In this document: positions 40,040 to 48,609 of the stretch, piece after piece
Layout: the number at the start of each line of letters is the position of its first letter
Position numbering within the stretch: the first letter of the stretch is position 1
NCBI GenBank assembly: GCA_039588275.1
Contig: JBDHAC010000003.1
Location: forward strand, 32,001 to 96,000
DNA: 64,000 bases
From: Gemmatimonadota bacterium
Lineage (GTDB): Bacteria > Gemmatimonadota > Gemmatimonadetes > Palauibacterales > Palauibacteraceae
Direction: 5' to 3'
Translations under genes and position numbers: made by a program
Notes under the pieces: generated by a model
The model's input: the letters and a program-made list of their open reading frames with translations, nothing else
Databases searched by the model: none
Told to the model about the DNA's origin: nothing

Positions 40040-40840
40040 ATGGAGGCAGAAGGGGGTGGGCGCGAGAGAGTGCCGGGAACCGACGGAGAACGATCGACCG
40101 TGAGCGGCACGATCCGGGAGAGCGCGGGTCGAGGGCTCGTGATCCTGCCTACGTACGAGGAGGTGGAGAGTCTCGGTCAGATCGTACCGCGCATCCTGGC
40201 GCTGGATCCCCGCCTCGATATTCTGGTGATCGACGATGCGTCGCCTGACGGCACGGGAGAGCTGGCGGACCGTTTGGCTTCGGAGGAGCCCAGGGTCTCC
40301 GTTATGCACCGCGAGGGGAAACTAGGACTCGGGTCGGCTTACATCGCCGGCTTTCGGACCGGGCTGGAACGCGGGTACGACCTCCTGTTCGAGATGGATG
40401 CGGATGGTTCGCACGACCCTGAGCACCTCGTTCCGATGATCGCGGCGACGGAAGAGTTCGACGTCGTCGTCGGATCGCGCTACCTGCGCGGCGTGAACGT
40501 GATCAACTGGCCGATGTCCCGTCTGCTGCTCAGCTACTACGCCAACAAATACGCCCGGGTGGTCACGGGCCTGGCTCTGGCGGACCTGACGAGCGGCTTC
40601 AAATGCTTCAAGCGCGAAGTGCTGGAGGCGATCCGCCTCGAGAAGGTCGGCTCCACCGGATACGCGTTTCAGATCGAGATGAACGTTCGAGCCTGGAAGC
40701 GGGGTTTCCGCGTGGGCGAGATCCCGATCGTGTTCGTGGATCGGGAAGCGGGGCAGAGCAAGATGTCGGGGGCCATCGTCCGCGAAGCGATATGGCGGGT
40801 GTGGGCGCTGCGCTTCAAGTCGATGTTCGGGAGGCTATAG
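40040..40840 (+). CDS. Polyprenol monophosphomannose synthase (Ppm1/DPM1-like GT2)
   Basis: VILPTYEE, DDASPDGTG, GLGSAY..GF, EMDADGSH, GSRY, DLTSGFK, GYAFQIEM, EIPIVF.DR..GQSKMS; start 40040 or a nearby GTG. Confidence 0.9.
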   Translation: MEAEGGGRERVPGTDGERSTVSGTIRESAGRGLVILPTYEEVESLGQIVPRILALDPRLDILVIDDASPDGTGELADRLASEEPRVSVMHREGKLGLGSAYIAGFRTGLERGYDLLFEMDADGSHDPEHLVPMIAATEEFDVVVGSRYLRGVNVINWPMSRLLLSYYANKYARVVTGLALADLTSGFKCFKREVLEAIRLEKVGSTGYAFQIEMNVRAWKRGFRVGEIPIVFVDREAGQSKMSGAIVREAIWRVWALRFKSMFGRL

Positions 40841-40847
40841 GAGGCCG

Positions 40848-41780
40848 GTGAAGGAGCTCGCTGACGTTCTGCATCCGGCCCGGCGGAGGGTCCGGCCGGC
40901 GATCGACTACAAGAGCCATCCGGTGTTCGCCACGCGGCCGGAATGGCGATGCGAGGTGCACCGGATCATCTTCGGGCACCTGACGCCGGGCGGGAAGCTG
41001 TTCGACATCATCCTGATCGCGGTGATCCTGGTCAGCGTCGCCGTCGTAATGATCGAGAGCGTCGCATCCGTGCGACTGCGACACGGCACTGCCCTGAGGA
41101 CCGCAGAGTGGGTGTTCACCCTGCTGTTCACGCTCGAGTACGCGATGCGTCTCGTTGCGGCGGAGAACGCGGGCCGATACGCGCGCAGCCCCCTGGGGTT
41201 GATCGACTTCCTCGCGGTCCTGCCCACCTACGTGAGCCTCCTCATCCCTGGAGGGCAGGCGTTCACCGTGATTCGGATCCTGCGCGTGATGCGCGTGTTT
41301 CGCGTGCTCAAGCTCGCGCAGTTCGTCGGGGGCGAGCAGCTGCTCATCCGGGCCCTGCGCGCGAGCTCATACAAGATCGTCGTGTTTCTCATCGCGGTGC
41401 TGACCGTCGTCGTGATCATGGGGTCGATCATGTACTTCATCGAGGGGCCCGAACACGGCTTCACGAGCATCCCGGTTGGCGTGTACTGGGCGATAGTGAC
41501 GCTCACCACGGTGGGTTTCGGAGACATCACCCCACAAACGCCGATTGGTCAGGTTCTGGCGGCGATGCTCATGATCCTCGGTTACGCCGTCATCGCCGTG
41601 CCCACGGGCATCGTGACCGTCGAGATGGCAGCCGCCGGGCAGCGTCGCATACTCCCCCGCGACAAGCCGGGAAAAGCGCGGCAATCGGGCCAGCGGCGCG
41701 TGTGCCTCGGGTGCGGCGCCGAGGGGCACGATGAGGACGCCACCCACTGCAAGTTCTGCGGGGTCCATCTGCCGACATGA
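40848..41780 (+). CDS. Voltage-gated-type potassium channel (ion transporter)
   Basis: S4-like RILRVMRVFRVLK, filter TTVGFGDI, C-terminal CxxC...CxxC. Confidence 0.9.
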   Translation: MKELADVLHPARRRVRPAIDYKSHPVFATRPEWRCEVHRIIFGHLTPGGKLFDIILIAVILVSVAVVMIESVASVRLRHGTALRTAEWVFTLLFTLEYAMRLVAAENAGRYARSPLGLIDFLAVLPTYVSLLIPGGQAFTVIRILRVMRVFRVLKLAQFVGGEQLLIRALRASSYKIVVFLIAVLTVVVIMGSIMYFIEGPEHGFTSIPVGVYWAIVTLTTVGFGDITPQTPIGQVLAAMLMILGYAVIAVPTGIVTVEMAAAGQRRILPRDKPGKARQSGQRRVCLGCGAEGHDEDATHCKFCGVHLPT

Positions 41781-41886
41781 GGCGGATCCCGAAGGAGCAC
41801 GCCGCCGCCGAGCCGCGGCCCGGTGCACGTGTGAGAAGCGCCCGGGCGCGGCATCGACGTGCACCCAGGAGCCGTAGGGAGACAAG

Positions 41887-43602
41887 GTGAGCGGCGAGCC
41901 GATCTTTCTCTTCCTGATCCAGGTGGTCGTCGTCCTCAGCCTCGCCAGATTGTTGGGGGAGGTGTTCCGGTGGTTCAGGCAGCCGCCCCTGGCGGGCGAG
42001 ATCCTCGCCGGCGTCCTTCTCGGGCAGACCGTGCTCGGCCACCTCGCGCCCGATCTGTTCGTGGCGCTGTTTCCGCCGGACGAGCTACAGGAAGCGATGT
42101 TCGGCGTGACCGCCGAGATCGGGATCCTCTTCCTCCTGCTCGTCGTGGGTCTCGAGGTCAACGTGGCCTCGGCCTGGAAGATGCGGAACCAGACGTTCAC
42201 GGTCGCCGTCACTGGCGTACTGGTGCCGTTGGCGCTCGGGACCGCGGTCGCCTGGCTCCTCTACGACCAATGGGTCGAGGTCCCGACGCCTCGCCTGGCG
42301 TTCGCCCTCCTCGTCGGAGCAGGTGTCGCGATCACGGCGATAACCGTGGTCGCACGGCTCCTCTTCGACCTCAAGATCATGAAGTCCGACCTCGGGCTCT
42401 TCCTCATCTCGGCGATGGCGCTCAACGAGCTGCTCGGGTGGGCGGTTCTCGCGGTGGTGCTCGGTCTCGTTGGAGCGGGAGCCGCGGGAGAGGGGATGGA
42501 TGGCCACGGACTCGCGTGGACCATGGTCGGGGTCGTGCTCTTCGCCGCGTTCGCTCTCACCGTGGGCCGCTGGCTCGCCACACGGGCGCTTCTGTGGATG
42601 GATCGGGCGGAGCTACCCAGCCCAGCCGCCCCGCTCTCGTTGGTCGTTTGCTTCGGTCTCATAGGTGGCATCGTGACGGGCGCGCTCGGGATTCACCCCG
42701 TCTTCGGATTCCTGATCGCCGGGATCATGGCCAGCGACCCCAGAGCTCTTTCCGAGCATACGCGCGCGATCATCGAACAGATGGTGGAGGCCATCTTCGT
42801 GCCGCTCTTCTTCGCGGGGATCTGCCTGCGGATCGATTTCGTGAGCGATTTCGACACCGTCACCGTGTTGTCGGTGACCGCGCTCTCCATCGTGGGCAAG
42901 TTTGTGGGAGCGGGTTTGGGAACGCTCATGGTTCGGATGCCCGCGGCGGACCGGCTCCCGGTCGCGATTGCCCATATCCCTGGCGGTCCGATGGGTGTGC
43001 TCCTCGCCAGCGTGGCGCTGGAAGCCGGGGTGATCGGGCCCCAGATGTTCGTCGCCCTGGTGATCGCCTCGATCGTCTCCGCACTTCTGGTGGGGCCCGC
43101 GTTCACCCGGCAACTCCGGCAGGCCGAGACCCAGGACGTGTCGGCCTACATTGCGAAGGATCGCGTCGTGAGGCTGAGGGCGGCCTCGCGCGACGAGGCG
43201 ATCGAGACGCTCGCGGGCGTGGCCGCCGGGGCGCCCGGAGCGCCGGGATCGGACGTGATCCGCCGCGCCGTCGCGGCACGTGAAGCGACGATGGGAACGG
43301 GAGTGGGGAAGGGGATCGCGATCCCGCACGCGCGCATCCCGAACCTGAAGACGCCGATCATAGCGATCGGGATCTGCAGGGAGGGCATCGAGTGGGACGA
43401 GGTCGACGGGAAGCCCGCGCACCTCATCTTCCTCGTGTTGACCTCGAGCAGGGACGAACGCGACACGCAGCTGAGGATTCTGGCCCAGATCGCGCGGTGC
43501 TTCTCCGATCCCCAACGGATGCGCGACGTGGTCGACGCCGTCGACACGGAAGGTGTGTGGGGGTGTCTGCAGGCCTCGCTGCAACCGGCGGCGCTAGGCT
43601 GA
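41887..43602 (+). CDS. CPA2 cation:proton antiporter fused to a C-terminal PTS EIIA domain
   Basis: QPPLAGEILAGVLLG, LLVVGLE, FVPLFFA; C-terminal RE..MGTGVGKGIAIPHAR, DGKPAHLIF. Confidence 0.88.
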   Translation: MSGEPIFLFLIQVVVVLSLARLLGEVFRWFRQPPLAGEILAGVLLGQTVLGHLAPDLFVALFPPDELQEAMFGVTAEIGILFLLLVVGLEVNVASAWKMRNQTFTVAVTGVLVPLALGTAVAWLLYDQWVEVPTPRLAFALLVGAGVAITAITVVARLLFDLKIMKSDLGLFLISAMALNELLGWAVLAVVLGLVGAGAAGEGMDGHGLAWTMVGVVLFAAFALTVGRWLATRALLWMDRAELPSPAAPLSLVVCFGLIGGIVTGALGIHPVFGFLIAGIMASDPRALSEHTRAIIEQMVEAIFVPLFFAGICLRIDFVSDFDTVTVLSVTALSIVGKFVGAGLGTLMVRMPAADRLPVAIAHIPGGPMGVLLASVALEAGVIGPQMFVALVIASIVSALLVGPAFTRQLRQAETQDVSAYIAKDRVVRLRAASRDEAIETLAGVAAGAPGAPGSDVIRRAVAAREATMGTGVGKGIAIPHARIPNLKTPIIAIGICREGIEWDEVDGKPAHLIFLVLTSSRDERDTQLRILAQIARCFSDPQRMRDVVDAVDTEGVWGCLQASLQPAALG

Positions 43603-43659
43603 GGTGATCGGAGACGGGCAAACGGCGTTCGAGGCGAGCTTACGCCCTGTGGCGGGGCG

Positions 43660-44445
43660 CTAACATTTCCCGGCCTTTCCGGCATTGTAGATCGCCCGGA
43701 CCTCAGCACCCGTGAGCGCTCGGCCCCAGTAGCCGACCTCATCAACAAGACCGTTGAACTCGAAGTCGCTCGCCGGCGGGCCGAGGCTCTCGTCACGTCG
43801 TCCGATTCCGAGCCAGGTGTCAGCCACGCGGATCGAGGTGGCGACCAGGGAGCCCGCTTCCGCACCGTTCACATAAAACCGCACCGTGAAGCCGTCCCAC
43901 GTGAGCGCGAGGTGCGTCCACACGTCGATGCTCGCCGGGGCTGCGATTACGGCCGCCTGGTTGTTGTCGGCTTGGCGGATAAAACCGCGCCACACAGAAC
44001 CGTTGTGGTCAATGACGTACGCCTCGGCATAGGCGGCCCCCTTGCCGACGACGGCTCCGTTGTTTGGCTGGAAGAAGTCGTGCAGCTTGGCCCAGGCATC
44101 GACCGTGAACCCCGGTGGTCCCGATGGGTTGAGATCGGGAGTGTCATCGACCCGGGCCATCGACCCGGACGACCCGTCGAAGCTGAAGGCCTGTCCCCCA
44201 CGCGAGGTGACGTAGCCTGAGCTGAAGCCCGCGTTGCCGACCATCACGGCATCGCTATGGCCTACGAGGTCGTGTCCACTACCGTCGCCCGTCCACCAAT
44301 GAAGGAGGCCGCTCGGAGGCGCCACGCAGTCAGTTGTTGATGTGGTCGTGATCGGGAGCGGGAGAAAGTCAGAGCAGGCGTCGAGAGCGAGGATGCAAGC
44401 GTCGAACAAGAGCACGCCCAGCGCGAGAACCGTTAACCGCCGCAT
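43660..44445 (-). CDS. Secreted LamG-like jellyroll (concanavalin A-like) domain protein
   Basis: Signal-like N-terminus, GLLHWWTGDG, FTVDAW, WTHLALTWDG...FYVNG, FNGLVDEV..W.RALT..EV..IY. Confidence 0.85.
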   Translation of the reverse strand: MRRLTVLALGVLLFDACILALDACSDFLPLPITTTSTTDCVAPPSGLLHWWTGDGSGHDLVGHSDAVMVGNAGFSSGYVTSRGGQAFSFDGSSGSMARVDDTPDLNPSGPPGFTVDAWAKLHDFFQPNNGAVVGKGAAYAEAYVIDHNGSVWRGFIRQADNNQAAVIAAPASIDVWTHLALTWDGFTVRFYVNGAEAGSLVATSIRVADTWLGIGRRDESLGPPASDFEFNGLVDEVGYWGRALTGAEVRAIYNAGKAGKC

Positions 44446-44746
44446 CGCGTTCCTCCGCAGCTAACGAGTGAACGAGCGCGCGACCTGAGATCAAGGCGGT
44501 ACCGCCGCGCCCGTCATCCACCTGTACCTCTTAGATGCCGCGAGCCGACCAGATCTTACACATCCCAAGAGCGCTTGGTGCCCTCGAGCGGTCGCGGTCG
44601 AAGGTCGGGAATGAGCTATCACACACGTCAGCCGGCACTTACACCACGACGCGACGATGGGGAGCGGGAAAGGGGACCGCGATCCCCCTGACAGCCGGTC
44701 GAGTGAGGCGATCGGGTCCCTGAAGAGGGGAACCGGCGGGAGCGCT

Positions 44747-44774
44747 AGTTTACAGAATGTGTGTTATGCGCCAT
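44747..44774 (-). other. dif: dif chromosome dimer resolution site (XerC/XerD)
   Basis: Minus strand ATGGCGCATAA-CACACA-TTCTGTAAACT; compare E. coli XerC arm GGTGCGCATAA and B. subtilis XerD-type arm TTATGTAAACT; intergenic, near the strand switch. Confidence 0.85.
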
Positions 44775-44815
44775 TAGGCCCAGTGACGAAGGTTGGCCGG
44801 GCCAAGAGGGGGTTC

Positions 44816-45514
44816 CTAGCTGCCAGAGTCCGTGAGCCGTCCGCGCAACTCGCCGAGTCGGATCCTGTACAGCCCTGCCTCGGACGGATCGTCGGCCTCC
44901 TCCGCGATTCTCGCGTAGATGGCCACCGCCTCCTCCAGTCGCCCGAGGTCCGTGAGGATCCGCGCGGCATTTGCCGAAGCCTGCCGGCGCTGGAACGGAT
45001 ATCGGGCCGAGGATCCTATGTCCTGCGAGAGCTGAAGCGCTCGTTCGGGCTCTCCATTCTGTTCGTACGCGTTCGTGAGCAGCGTGCGCGCCCCGTAGCC
45101 GAGCGGAACATCGACCGGGAGGCCCACGGCCTCGAGGACGCGTATGGCGTCCTGTGAGCGGCCCCCATCGATGTAGAGCCGCGCCAGAACCAGCCGAGCC
45201 TCCGCTTCGGAGGGCGTGCCACCGAAGCGCTCGATGAACGCTTCGAGCTGGGATGTCAGCGCCGCGGGCTCCGTCCCGCCCGCCATCGCCCGGATCTGGC
45301 TCAGCTCGGCGGCTGCCCGCTCGCGCACCGTCGCCACGTACCCGCGATAGTACGTGATTCCGCCGGCCAGAAGCGCGGCCGCCCCGGTGATCAGGATCGC
45401 GCTGCGCAGGTTGTTCTTAAGCCATCGCCACAAACGCAACGTGCCGGCGACGAACGCGTCTTCCTGGGACTGTGTCGCGTCGGGCTTGCGACCGTGCGCC
45501 AACCGTTCGGGCAT
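44816..45514 (-). CDS. Membrane-anchored TPR protein (YfgM-like)
   Basis: Short N-terminus, one TM segment, helical TPR-like repeats (EAEARLVLARLY, AARILTDLGRLEEAVAIY). Confidence 0.75.
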   Translation of the reverse strand: MPERLAHGRKPDATQSQEDAFVAGTLRLWRWLKNNLRSAILITGAAALLAGGITYYRGYVATVRERAAAELSQIRAMAGGTEPAALTSQLEAFIERFGGTPSEAEARLVLARLYIDGGRSQDAIRVLEAVGLPVDVPLGYGARTLLTNAYEQNGEPERALQLSQDIGSSARYPFQRRQASANAARILTDLGRLEEAVAIYARIAEEADDPSEAGLYRIRLGELRGRLTDSGS

Positions 45515-45531
45515 CTATCTAACGTCCTATC

Positions 45532-46080
45532 TCAACTAGATGCGTCTAAGAGTAATAAAGTATTATAGTTATATGAATTCAGCATGTGCCTGCCCGGCAG
45601 CCCGTCCAACTCGATCAGGAACCCCAATCCGCAGACGTTGCCCCCGAGCGTCTCGACGAGATTCGCCGTCGCCCGCGCGGTGCCGCCGGTCGCAAGCAGG
45701 TCATCGATCACGAAGATCTGCTCCCCTTCCCGGATGCCTCCGCTCTGCATCTCGATCTGTGCGCTCCCGTATTCCAGCGCATAGTCGATCAGGGCCGTGT
45801 CGCCCGGAAGCTTGCCCGCTTTACGCGCGAGGACGAACGGGAGCCCGGCCTCCAACGCGACCGGCACGCCAAGCAGGAAGCCGCGTGACTCGATCCCGAC
45901 GATCTTCTCAGCTCCCGCGCCCAACGCCCGTTCCGTCAGCCACCCCACGATCCGTCTCAGCAAGTGCGGGTCCTCGAAGAGAGGCGTGATGTCGCGGAAC
46001 AGGACCCCGGGCTCGGGGAAGTCGGGATAGACGTGAAGCGCCTCGGCGACCTCGTCGACAAGGCTCGATGCATCGCTCAT
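45532..46080 (-). CDS. apt: Adenine phosphoribosyltransferase
   Basis: PDFPEPGVLFRDITP, GIESRGF, RKAGKLPG, YALEYG, IDDLLATGGT. Confidence 0.97.
   Translation of the reverse strand: MSDASSLVDEVAEALHVYPDFPEPGVLFRDITPLFEDPHLLRRIVGWLTERALGAGAEKIVGIESRGFLLGVPVALEAGLPFVLARKAGKLPGDTALIDYALEYGSAQIEMQSGGIREGEQIFVIDDLLATGGTARATANLVETLGGNVCGLGFLIELDGLPGRHMLNSYNYNTLLLLDASS
45562..45567 (-). promoter_or_regulatory. Possible internal -10 box (TATAAT) in the apt 3' end
   Basis: Perfect TATAAT in a strongly AT-rich patch, about 48 nt upstream of the TPR gene ATG; no clear -35. Confidence 0.4.
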
Positions 46081-46224
46081 ATCGTCGCCAACCACCTCCG
46101 TACCGACTCGACCGCACCGCGTTGCGGATGCGGGGTCAGCCCCCTGGAATTCTGGCGCACAAAGCTACCGGCGAAGAGGTCATGCCGCCACTCGCGAAGC
46201 CGTTCACGCGGGTGCACGCCTCCG

Positions 46225-47121
46225 TCAGGTACCCGCCTCGGCTCGATGCCTGCGATGACTCCACCAGGTCAGCAGCGAGACGGCCACGAACCCGCCGATG
46301 GCGAGGAGGATCACGGGGGCGACGGAGTCCGCGGTGCTCGGCAAGCGCAGCGTGGTGTCGGCATTCGCCCAGGGCCACAGGGCTCGCAACGAACCGGCCA
46401 TCAGGCCGATGAGGGCGGCCATGGTGGGATCGTGGTGACGGGCGAGCAGCCAGCTGAGGAACTTCGCGAACATGCCGAGGCCGAGCCCCGCCCCCAGCGC
46501 GAATACGACCAGGAAGAGGAGATCTCGCTCGTCGATGGCTCGAAACGTCGGGGTGTACATGCCGACCACGAGCAGCAGGTGGGCGCCGCTCACGCCGGGG
46601 AGGATCATCGCCGTGATGGCCACGACGGCCGTCAGGAAGATGGCGATGACGCCGGGGCTACCCGCGTCACGAGGCGGAAGTCCGACCAGCACGAAAGCGG
46701 TGACCCCCGCAGCGAGCGCGATCAGCACGTGATGGGCTCTCAATCCAGACATGCGTAACCAGGGGATCGCGAGCGAGCCGACGATCAGCCCGAAGAACAG
46801 CCCACGGCTTTGTTGCGGGTAGGTGTCGAGTAGATACGGAACGATCTTTCCGCCGACCACGAGGATCGCCACGACGCCGATGGCCAGCCCACCGATCAGC
46901 ACCCAGTTGATGTCTGCCAGCTTCGTCCTCGCGCCCGCCACATCCAGCCTGGCCGCCTTCAGGAAGGCGGTGAAGCCCGCCGAGAGCGACGCTATGAGGT
47001 CCTCGTAGATGCCGAAGATGAGGGCCATGGTGCCGCCGCTGACGCCGGGAATGACGTTGGCGGAGCCGATCACGGCCCCGTGCACTACATGGGTCAGGAA
47101 TCGCTTGATGGGTGCAGGCAT
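46225..47121 (-). CDS. DUF368 family membrane protein
   Basis: ANVIPGVSGGTMALIFGIYE, FFGLIVGS, AMILPGVSG; ATG at 47121 (the frame is open further up, to TTG 47214). Confidence 0.88.
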   Translation of the reverse strand: MPAPIKRFLTHVVHGAVIGSANVIPGVSGGTMALIFGIYEDLIASLSAGFTAFLKAARLDVAGARTKLADINWVLIGGLAIGVVAILVVGGKIVPYLLDTYPQQSRGLFFGLIVGSLAIPWLRMSGLRAHHVLIALAAGVTAFVLVGLPPRDAGSPGVIAIFLTAVVAITAMILPGVSGAHLLLVVGMYTPTFRAIDERDLLFLVVFALGAGLGLGMFAKFLSWLLARHHDPTMAALIGLMAGSLRALWPWANADTTLRLPSTADSVAPVILLAIGGFVAVSLLTWWSHRRHRAEAGT

Positions 47122-47133
47122 CGAGCTCGCTTC

Positions 47134-47205
47134 CAGCAGATCGAAGTCAGTCAGCAGGCCGAAGTCAGTTAGCAGGCCGAAATCGGTTACCGGGCCGAAG
47201 TCAGT
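47134..47205. repeat. 4 x 18-bp tandem repeat between pcm and the DUF368 gene
   Basis: CAGCAGATCGAAGTCAGT / CAGCAGGCCGAAGTCAGT / TAGCAGGCCGAAATCGGT / TACCGGGCCGAAGTCAGT. Confidence 0.9.
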
Positions 47206-47845
47206 CTTGCTCAACCAACGGGACGAAGCGGGCCCGGTCTACGGTCTCCCGCGCGAACTCGCTCCCGTTCCGCGTGATGCGGAGCAGGGTCTGTTCGCCC
47301 TCGTCGCCGATGGGTACGAGGAGACGCCCGCCCTCCCCGAGCTGGGCAAGTAACGCGCCAGGTAGGCTCGGCGCGGCCGCGCCGACCAGGATGACGTCGT
47401 ATGGGGCTCGCTCGGGCCAGCCTCGGCTTCCATCGCCGACGCGGATGTGGGCGGACAGACCGATCGCCTCGAGCCGATTACGAGCCACCTCGGCGAGCGG
47501 TTCGACGCGCTCCACCGAGTACACCTCCACCCCGAGCGAGACCAGGAGCGCGGTCTGGAAACCGGATCCCGTTCCCACCTCCAGGGCCCGCTCGCCTCCC
47601 ACCAGCGCGGCGAGCTGCAGGTGGTACGCGTGGACCGAGGGTCGCGAGATCGTCTGACCGTGTCCGATCGGAAGCGCGGCGTCGTCGTACGCCTGGTGCT
47701 GGAGGGCCTCAGGGACGAAGTGGTGTCGCGGAACGCTGTCGAAGGCGTGCAGGATGGCAAGATCCTCGATTCCCGCTGCACGCAGCCGCTCGACCAGTCT
47801 GCGCCGGTCGCGCTTGAACTCGCTCAACCCGTCGTGAGCGGCCAC
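47201..47845 (-). CDS. pcm: Protein-L-isoaspartate O-methyltransferase
   Basis: VPRHHFVP, AY.D.ALPIG.GQTIS.P, LEVGTGSGFQTA, GDGSRGW...APYD, RFVPLV; GTG at 47845 with GAGG RBS. Confidence 0.95.
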   Translation of the reverse strand: MAAHDGLSEFKRDRRRLVERLRAAGIEDLAILHAFDSVPRHHFVPEALQHQAYDDAALPIGHGQTISRPSVHAYHLQLAALVGGERALEVGTGSGFQTALLVSLGVEVYSVERVEPLAEVARNRLEAIGLSAHIRVGDGSRGWPERAPYDVILVGAAAPSLPGALLAQLGEGGRLLVPIGDEGEQTLLRITRNGSEFARETVDRARFVPLVEQD

Positions 47846-48609
47846 GCGCGTACCTCTTCGATGAGTCGGAAGTTGGTGAGGTCGAGGTGGAGCGGCGTGA
47901 TAGACACGTACCCGGCCTCGATGGCTCGGAAGTCCGAATCCTCTCGGCCCCGCCAGTGGCTCTTCCCTCCCCCGATCCACACGTGTTCTCCTCGGTGCGG
48001 ATCGGCGCTTCGAGTGACGGAGTCCGAATAGACGCGACGCCCGAGGGCCGTTATCCGGATCCCCTCGATGCGGTCTGCCGGGAGGTCGGGCAGATTGATG
48101 TTGAAGAAGGTCTCCTCGGGAAAGTCCGGCCGCTCCACGAGCCGCCCGAGCACTTCGGTGAGCAGGGTGCCGTACGATTCGAGCACGTCGATCGAGTCCC
48201 CGACATACGAGACCGCGACCGAAGGGATCCCGAGAATCGTTCCCTCCATCGCGGCGGCCACGGTCCCGGAGTAGAGGACGTCTTCACCCATGTTGGATCC
48301 GTGGTTCACTCCGGACAGCACGAAGTCGGGTCGATCTTCGAGCAGGTCGCTCACCGCGATCAACACGCAGTCGGTCGGAGTGCCATCCACGGTGTGATGC
48401 GTGGGGTCCAGTCGAGTGACGCGCAACGGCCGGTGCAGCGAGAGCGAGTGGCTGCTGCCGCTCTGCTCTCGATCTGGCGCTACGGTGTGGACCTCACCCA
48501 GCGTCGCCGCGGCTTCGGCCAGGACCTGCAGCCCCCGGGCGTCGATTCCGTCGTCGTTTGTGCAGAGAAGCCGCGGCGGCTCGGTCGTGCTCCTCTCGCT
48601 AGCCGGCAT
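47824..48609 (-). CDS. surE: 5'/3'-nucleotidase SurE
   Basis: TNDDGI, APDREQSGSSHS, GTPTDCV, SGVNHGSN, YSGTVAAA.EG, SITPL.LDLT. Confidence 0.97.
   Translation of the reverse strand: MPASERSTTEPPRLLCTNDDGIDARGLQVLAEAAATLGEVHTVAPDREQSGSSHSLSLHRPLRVTRLDPTHHTVDGTPTDCVLIAVSDLLEDRPDFVLSGVNHGSNMGEDVLYSGTVAAAMEGTILGIPSVAVSYVGDSIDVLESYGTLLTEVLGRLVERPDFPEETFFNINLPDLPADRIEGIRITALGRRVYSDSVTRSADPHRGEHVWIGGGKSHWRGREDSDFRAIEAGYVSITPLHLDLTNFRLIEEVRAWPLTTG

Noticed and set aside
43643..43659. Hairpin between the convergent antiporter and LamG stops as a terminator
   Set aside because: Short stem with no U-tract on either strand; insufficient support.
44660..44815. Possible 6S RNA-like long hairpin (GATCCCCCT...AGGGGGTTC ends with an AT-rich centre)
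   Set aside because: Only the terminal 6-9 bp pair convincingly, and the AT-rich centre is better explained as dif. An Rfam covariance search would settle it.
45541..45580. AT-rich apt end as a second dif-like site
   Set aside because: No TAA-N6-TTA geometry and no match to either Xer arm.
47134..47205. Repeats as a CRISPR array
   Set aside because: Units are directly adjacent with no unique spacers, only 18 bp long, and there are no cas genes in the window.
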